From contig JBDRMS010000005.1 in NCBI GenBank assembly GCA_043811915.1, positions 41,300 to 105,299 on the forward strand: DNA of 64,000 nucleotides, written 5' to 3'. Each line of letters begins with the position of its first letter. Position 1 is the first letter of the stretch. The notes under the pieces were generated by a model. The model was given only the letters and a program-made list of their open reading frames with translations. It searched no databases and was not told the DNA's origin. Positions 59,044 through 64,000 of this stretch are shown piece by piece. The position numbers and the translations under genes were made by a program. This DNA is from a bacterium. GTDB lineage: Bacteria > Patescibacteriota > Andersenbacteria > UBA10190.

Positions 59044-59850
59044 TTAGCGCCGGTGCCAGGCGCTCAGGTGATAGAACGTTGTTTTGGGCAATAAGTTAAC
59101 TAATAACTCCCTTAAATAAACCGGCAAGTTAAACCAAAAACCAGGATATTTATTGCGATATTGATAAGCAATTTTTAAAAAAGACAAAAACTGCCGCATG
59201 TTTTTTTTCGAAGTCACGCCACGCGGGTTTACTCTCTGTTGTATATAGACATCCGGCAAGTTTGCCAGCTGATATTTCAAACCAATTCGCAGCCACAATT
59301 CAAAATCCTGGGCATAGCAATATTGCTCATCATACAATCCCACTCTATCCAATGCCGATTTGCGGATTAATACACTGGAGTGAGGAAATTGATTACGTTC
59401 CATCATGTGCCGCCTGATTGTTTTATTTTCAGTCTCATAATACAACCGGTACAGTTCCCTGCCATCAGCATCTATCACAATATTCTGCACGCCACACACT
59501 CCGATATTGTCATTCTCCTGCATATATAGCACTTGTTTTACCAGCTTGTCTTTATCTACCCACACGTCATCGTCATCAATCCGCGCAATATATTCACCAC
59601 GCGCTAATCTAATACCGCGATTAAGAGATTTTGTTAGCCCTAATCTCCTCTCATTGCGTACAATTCGGATTCGTTGATCACTAAAGCCGGCAACAATATC
59701 CACCGCCTTGTCAGTCGAAGCATCATCAACAACGATCAACTCAAAATTTCCGTAAGTTTGTTTTAGAACGCTGCTTACCGCCTCACTAACAAATCGCGAC
59801 CCGTTGCGGGTCGCCATAACAACCGAAACTAGAGGTTCTCCTTGTACCAT
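59044..59850 (-). CDS. Glycosyltransferase family 2
   Basis: VDDASTD, GLTKSLN, IARIDDDD and QDFELW motifs. Confidence 0.9.
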   Translation of the reverse strand: MVQGEPLVSVVMATRNGSRFVSEAVSSVLKQTYGNFELIVVDDASTDKAVDIVAGFSDQRIRIVRNERRLGLTKSLNRGIRLARGEYIARIDDDDVWVDKDKLVKQVLYMQENDNIGVCGVQNIVIDADGRELYRLYYETENKTIRRHMMERNQFPHSSVLIRKSALDRVGLYDEQYCYAQDFELWLRIGLKYQLANLPDVYIQQRVNPRGVTSKKNMRQFLSFLKIAYQYRNKYPGFWFNLPVYLRELLVNLLPKTTFYHLSAWHRR

Positions 59851-60767
59851 TCAATAGACTTCTTAAGCCCTTCCGCAAATGAAACATCCGGCTTGTAATC
59901 GAAGTCTCGCTCGGCCTTACTGATGTCAGCGTATGTCTTTAGCACATCACCGGCTCGTTTGCCAGTCCGGTTCGGCTTTATCGAAACGCCTAGTAGTTTT
60001 TGCAGCAAACCATACAAATCGTTAATCGAAATATTCTCGCCATTGCCCACATTGTAAGCCTCTCCCAACTTAACCCGCTCGCCTCGTGCCGCTTTCAAAT
60101 TCGCCTGCACCACATTGTCCACATAAGTAAAGTCCCGGCTCTGCCTGCCATGCCAGTGAATGTCTGGCGCTTCGCCATTCCGCAAGGCTTTCACATAAAT
60201 CGGAATCACCGCCGAATACTTCGACTCCGGACTTTGGTACGGTCCAAACACATTGAAGTAACGCAAGGACACCGTCTCTAGTCCATACAAATCGTAAAAA
60301 AGTCTGCCATAATGCTCCCCGGCCATTTTACACAAAGCATAGGGAGACTCTGGATGCAAAGGCATAGGCTCAACTTGCCGCGGTTCTTTTATGTTGCCGT
60401 ACACCGAGGAGGAAGAAGCCGACACCACCCGCTTCACCCCACTATCTCTGGCCGCCAGCAAAACATTCAAAGTGCCGGTTATGTTATTATCATTCGTCGC
60501 CCGCGGATCATCCACCGACCGCTCCACCGCTCTTAACGCCGCCTGGTGCAGCACATAATCCACTCCGCGGCACGCCCTTTTCACCACATCCAACTTCCTA
60601 ATATCACCTCTGATAAACTTTATATCTTCTCTAATATCCTTTAAGTTCTTGATACTGCCCGTCGATAAATTATCCAACACCGCCACATCCTGCCTCCGCC
60701 GCACCAGCTCTCTGGCTATATTACAGCCGATAAATCCCGCCCCGCCTGTAATTAAATACTTTGCCAT
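59829..60767 (-). CDS. UDP-GlcNAc 4-epimerase-like (WbpP/TviC-like) SDR
   Basis: ITGGAGFIG, HQAA...VERSVDDP, RYFNVFGP...YSAVIP and SRDFTYV motifs. Confidence 0.88.
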   Translation of the reverse strand: MAKYLITGGAGFIGCNIARELVRRRQDVAVLDNLSTGSIKNLKDIREDIKFIRGDIRKLDVVKRACRGVDYVLHQAALRAVERSVDDPRATNDNNITGTLNVLLAARDSGVKRVVSASSSSVYGNIKEPRQVEPMPLHPESPYALCKMAGEHYGRLFYDLYGLETVSLRYFNVFGPYQSPESKYSAVIPIYVKALRNGEAPDIHWHGRQSRDFTYVDNVVQANLKAARGERVKLGEAYNVGNGENISINDLYGLLQKLLGVSIKPNRTGKRAGDVLKTYADISKAERDFDYKPDVSFAEGLKKSIEWYKENL

Positions 60768-60816
60768 AGGTACTGCCTCATACTACGGTTAACACATACA
60801 AAGTCAACTATCTACC

Positions 60817-61788
60817 ATGAAGATACTAATTCCTTATTGTTCAGGCAACGCTGGCGGCCCCACGGTATTTGTTACCGCTCTAACCCAGCACCTGCAAAAT
60901 CAGGGATACAAAGTCATCAGTCACTTCTCACCTTCATTTGACGTCTTACTCGTCATCGCCGAATGTCCGCTTTTGCCGGTCCTCTGCGCCAAACTTCTTC
61001 GCAAACGCATAGTACAAAGGTTGGATGGCGTTTACCACGCCGCCTTACCCGGTGCAACCAAATATCTTTATCCACTTAAAAACCTGCGCATGCAAATAAT
61101 TCACAATTTCCTGGCCGACCACGTTATCTATCAAAGCCGGTTTTCCAAATACTCATGTCAAACCATGCTAGGCAAACGCACTAAAAACACGTCGATAATC
61201 TACAACGGTGTAGCGGCCGGGAAAACCCTTGGCTTTGACAGAAAAAAGCCAAGGGTTGAGGAGGCCGCCGCGAATCTAGTAACCTATGCCTCTTTCCGCC
61301 GCCCCGACCAAATCGAGCCAATTCTAGAATCAGTCAAATGTCTCACTACCCCCTATCATCTCCATATTTACGGCCCCCACACTAAAAACCTGGTCAACAT
61401 CTTCAACTCACTCAAAAATAATCCCCATATCACTTATTATGGAGCCCAAAATCACAGCAAGCTATTATCTCTCATACCACAGCATGATATTTTCCTGTTC
61501 TCCGACCAGTCCGCCTGCCCCAACGCTGTCCTGGAAGCTTTAGCTGCCGGCCTACCCGTGGTAGCTTTCAACCGCGGCAGTATACCCGAACTTATCCAGC
61601 CCGGCGCAAGCGGTGAAATAATCAACTATCCATTTACCTCACAAAACTATACCCAATTTGCCCAAGCTATTCAGAAAACATTCAGCAATCTATCTGACTA
61701 TCAGACCGCGGCCCGGCAACGCGCCCGGATTAACTATGACGTAACCAACACATGTTTGAAGTATGAAAAGATATTACGACAAAAATAA
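60817..61788 (+). CDS. Glycosyltransferase family 4
   Basis: GGPTVF, RLDGVY and ACPNAVLEALAAGLPV motifs. Confidence 0.87.
   Translation: MKILIPYCSGNAGGPTVFVTALTQHLQNQGYKVISHFSPSFDVLLVIAECPLLPVLCAKLLRKRIVQRLDGVYHAALPGATKYLYPLKNLRMQIIHNFLADHVIYQSRFSKYSCQTMLGKRTKNTSIIYNGVAAGKTLGFDRKKPRVEEAAANLVTYASFRRPDQIEPILESVKCLTTPYHLHIYGPHTKNLVNIFNSLKNNPHITYYGAQNHSKLLSLIPQHDIFLFSDQSACPNAVLEALAAGLPVVAFNRGSIPELIQPGASGEIINYPFTSQNYTQFAQAIQKTFSNLSDYQTAARQRARINYDVTNTCLKYEKILRQK
61213..61268 (+). repeat. Intragenic hairpin element, full-length copy
   Basis: GCGGCC-GGGAA-AACCCTTGGCTTT-GACAGAAA-AAAGCCAAGGGTT-GAGGA-GGCCGC. Confidence 0.85.
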
Positions 61789-62569
61789 ACAGCGGTTAGT
61801 ATTTATACGAGAGCATGCTACCCCCTCTTTCTGGGACAAGCACTGGTCCGCACCCAACCTAAAAGCTCACATCGAACAAGCCGGCCAGGAAAAGTTTTTT
61901 ACCGGGATAACAAAACGCTTTTTAGAACCTAAAGAATCAACCAGAATTCTTGAAGGCGGTTGTGGCCAGGGACACATTGTCTACGCCCTCGCCCATGCCG
62001 GCTATGACGCCTATGGCGTAGACTACGCCAAACAAACCGTCGATAGGATTAACCAGGCCATTCCCGAACTGCAAATTTTTCCCGGCGACGTAACACAACT
62101 AGACTTTCCCGATAATTATTTTGATGGCTACTGGTCGCTCGGTGTTATCGAGCATAACTTCACCGGCTACGATTCTATTATCAACGAAATGCAGCGCGTC
62201 ATCAGACCAGGCGGCTACTTATTTATAACCTTCCCGCACTTGTCCTGGCTACGTAAAACAAAAGCACTACTAGGTGCTTATCCGGCCCCCAACAACACCG
62301 ACCAAGAACCAAACAACTTCTATCAATTCGCTTTTAACTACCATGATGTTCAGCGCAATCTAGAACAACTCGGCTTTATTATAAAACTTCACCGGCCAAT
62401 CGATGGGCTAACAGGACTGCGTGGCGAAATTTCTATCCTTCGACCACTCTTACAAACAATCAGCCGTGGAACTTCCTTTCCTCTCCGTCATCTTAAGGCC
62501 GCCATCACCGAACTAGCCGCCCCTGTCAGCGGCCATATTATGCTACAAGTACTGCAAAAGAAGTCATGA
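61763..62569 (+). CDS. Class I SAM methyltransferase
   Basis: ILEGGCGQG and YWSLGVIEH motifs. Confidence 0.87.
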   Translation: MKRYYDKNKQRLVFIREHATPSFWDKHWSAPNLKAHIEQAGQEKFFTGITKRFLEPKESTRILEGGCGQGHIVYALAHAGYDAYGVDYAKQTVDRINQAIPELQIFPGDVTQLDFPDNYFDGYWSLGVIEHNFTGYDSIINEMQRVIRPGGYLFITFPHLSWLRKTKALLGAYPAPNNTDQEPNNFYQFAFNYHDVQRNLEQLGFIIKLHRPIDGLTGLRGEISILRPLLQTISRGTSFPLRHLKAAITELAAPVSGHIMLQVLQKKS

Positions 62570-63240
62570 GAAAATATATCCTCATTACTCTCCTGCGCCT
62601 GGACAATTTCCTGCGCCGCTGGATTACCTATTTCTCTCTCGAACAGGGCGTACATCCCAAGCATCGTCTTACTCAATATCATCAGTTCTTCCTCGATAAC
62701 ATTTTCCCCACGGACTCCGTCCTCGACGTCGGCTGCGGCCTGGGCCTACTGGCCTGCGACATCGCCGCCAAAGCTAAACACGTAACCGGCATCGACCTCA
62801 ACAAAGATTATCTCTCCCAGGCCCATCGCCTCCAAAACATCGACTTTATCCACGGCGATGCCACGACTTTCGATTTCAAGAAAAACTTCGATGTGCTAAT
62901 TCTAAGCAACACACTTGAGCATATAAAAAACAGAGTCGACTTTCTAAAAAAACTTACTCCTCACGCAAAAAAATTTCTTGTCCGCGTCCCCATGATCAAT
63001 CGCGACTGGCTTGTCCTGCTTAAAAAAGAACTCGGCGTGGAGTATCGCCTGGACCCCACTCATTACATTGAATACACCGAGGAAATTTTCCGTCGGGAGC
63101 TTGCCGCCGCCGGCCTGGAAATAACTAAACTATCCGTCCGCTTCGGCGAAATCTATTGCTGTGCCCAGCCTAATACTGTTTTTCACAGTACCTCTCATCC
63201 ACTTGCTCTTCCTCACTATCCCACCAAATCCAATAACTAG
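62566..63240 (+). CDS. Class I SAM methyltransferase
   Basis: VLDVGCGLG and SNTLEHI motifs. Confidence 0.87.
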   Translation: MRKYILITLLRLDNFLRRWITYFSLEQGVHPKHRLTQYHQFFLDNIFPTDSVLDVGCGLGLLACDIAAKAKHVTGIDLNKDYLSQAHRLQNIDFIHGDATTFDFKKNFDVLILSNTLEHIKNRVDFLKKLTPHAKKFLVRVPMINRDWLVLLKKELGVEYRLDPTHYIEYTEEIFRRELAAAGLEITKLSVRFGEIYCCAQPNTVFHSTSHPLALPHYPTKSNN

Positions 63241-63583
63241 GACACGCCTTATCTATCTCTAACTCCAAAAACCTGGTACCCAAAAGCCTTGCCCCGAGGC
63301 CAAGCGGCGTCAATAAGCCATAAAAAACAACAGTCAAAATAAGTCTTGTCATCACCCAGCCAAGCGCCGCTGCCATCAACATCCACACGCGATAAAAACC
63401 AGCCAGCGCCTCCGGCTTAGCCTGCGCCAACAACAAAACGGCAACTCCCGATGCCCCTGCCAAAACAAAATATCTTTGTCCGCTCGTATAAAATCGCCAC
63501 CCTCCCCACACCAACAGCAAACACCCAACCAAGTACCCAAACCGACGCACGGGCATCAATCCAACGGGTATTCTTCTTTCCAT
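63170..63583 (-). CDS. SxtJ family membrane protein
   Basis: RRFG, WMLMAAALGWVMTRLILTVVFYGLLTPLG, SYW and terminal KQY motifs. Confidence 0.85.
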   Translation of the reverse strand: MERRIPVGLMPVRRFGYLVGCLLLVWGGWRFYTSGQRYFVLAGASGVAVLLLAQAKPEALAGFYRVWMLMAAALGWVMTRLILTVVFYGLLTPLGLGARLLGTRFLELEIDKACPSYWIWWDSEEEQVDERYCEKQY

Positions 63584-64000
63584 ACCTCATCCTTCAAAGA
63601 GGGACCCTGTTCACCCTTATCCAATAAATAATTTCCCATCACCAGATAATCCATGTCGGTGCGCATAAAGCATCGATATGCATCGTCCGGCGTACACACT
63701 ATAGGCTCCCCCCTCACATTAAAAGACGTATTTATAATCACCGGACAACCAAACCTCTCCCCAAATTTTTTTATCAAACTATGAAAGAGAGGATTAGTGT
63801 CAATTCCAACGCTCTGCACCCGGGCTGAATAATCCACATGCGTAACCGCCGGAATATCGGAACGCTTAACCCTCAATCTGTCTATACCCCGCCTTTGCCC
63901 GGCCCCGGGACTCAACACCCTGTGTTCATTTTTTACCATAGCCGTCAAAAGCATATATGGGCTGGGCCGATCTATCGTAAAATATTCTGCCGCCTCCTCC
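63556..64000 (-). CDS. Carbamoyltransferase (NodU/CmcH/SxtI family), C-terminal part
   Basis: SPYMLL, PAVTHVDYSARVQ and NTSFNVRGEPIVCTP motifs; open to the window edge. Confidence 0.92.
   Translation of the reverse strand, partial: EEAAEYFTIDRPSPYMLLTAMVKNEHRVLSPGAGQRRGIDRLRVKRSDIPAVTHVDYSARVQSVGIDTNPLFHSLIKKFGERFGCPVIINTSFNVRGEPIVCTPDDAYRCFMRTDMDYLVMGNYLLDKGEQGPSLKDEVWKEEYPLD

Noticed and set aside
63170-64000. Saxitoxin biosynthesis
   Set aside because: No sxtA, sxtG or other core genes in view; SxtI/J-like genes are widespread in glycan loci.

Overview
Gene-dense bacterial window. The + strand is C-rich, genes overlap tightly, and start codons often lack an SD; this resembles a Patescibacteria/CPR genome, but that is inference because no marker gene is present. 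About 50 kb is a large cell-surface glycan locus: about 20 GT2/GT4/GT9/GT-B glycosyltransferases, GT-C-like membrane proteins, DUF2304, MurJ and Wzx flippases, AsnB, methyltransferases, two ATP-grasp ligases, a ThDP-enzyme sugar-modification cluster and a partial carbamoyltransferase/SxtJ pair. After xseAB lies a small minus-strand accessory island (RadC, Phd/RelE toxin-antitoxin, orphan HsdM, a DUF3800-like protein followed by a structured RNA-like element, and a NUMOD3 protein). The most unusual signal is a set of small palindromic elements with covarying stems. Several sit in-frame inside protein-coding genes; one lies at a GT2-GT4 fusion junction and another forms the N-terminus of an E1-alpha subunit. 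The window also encodes a REP-associated-type HUH transposase bracketed by identical 23-bp palindromes. I saw no rRNA, tRNA or CRISPR array. All family calls come from motif recognition by eye; no database searches were run.
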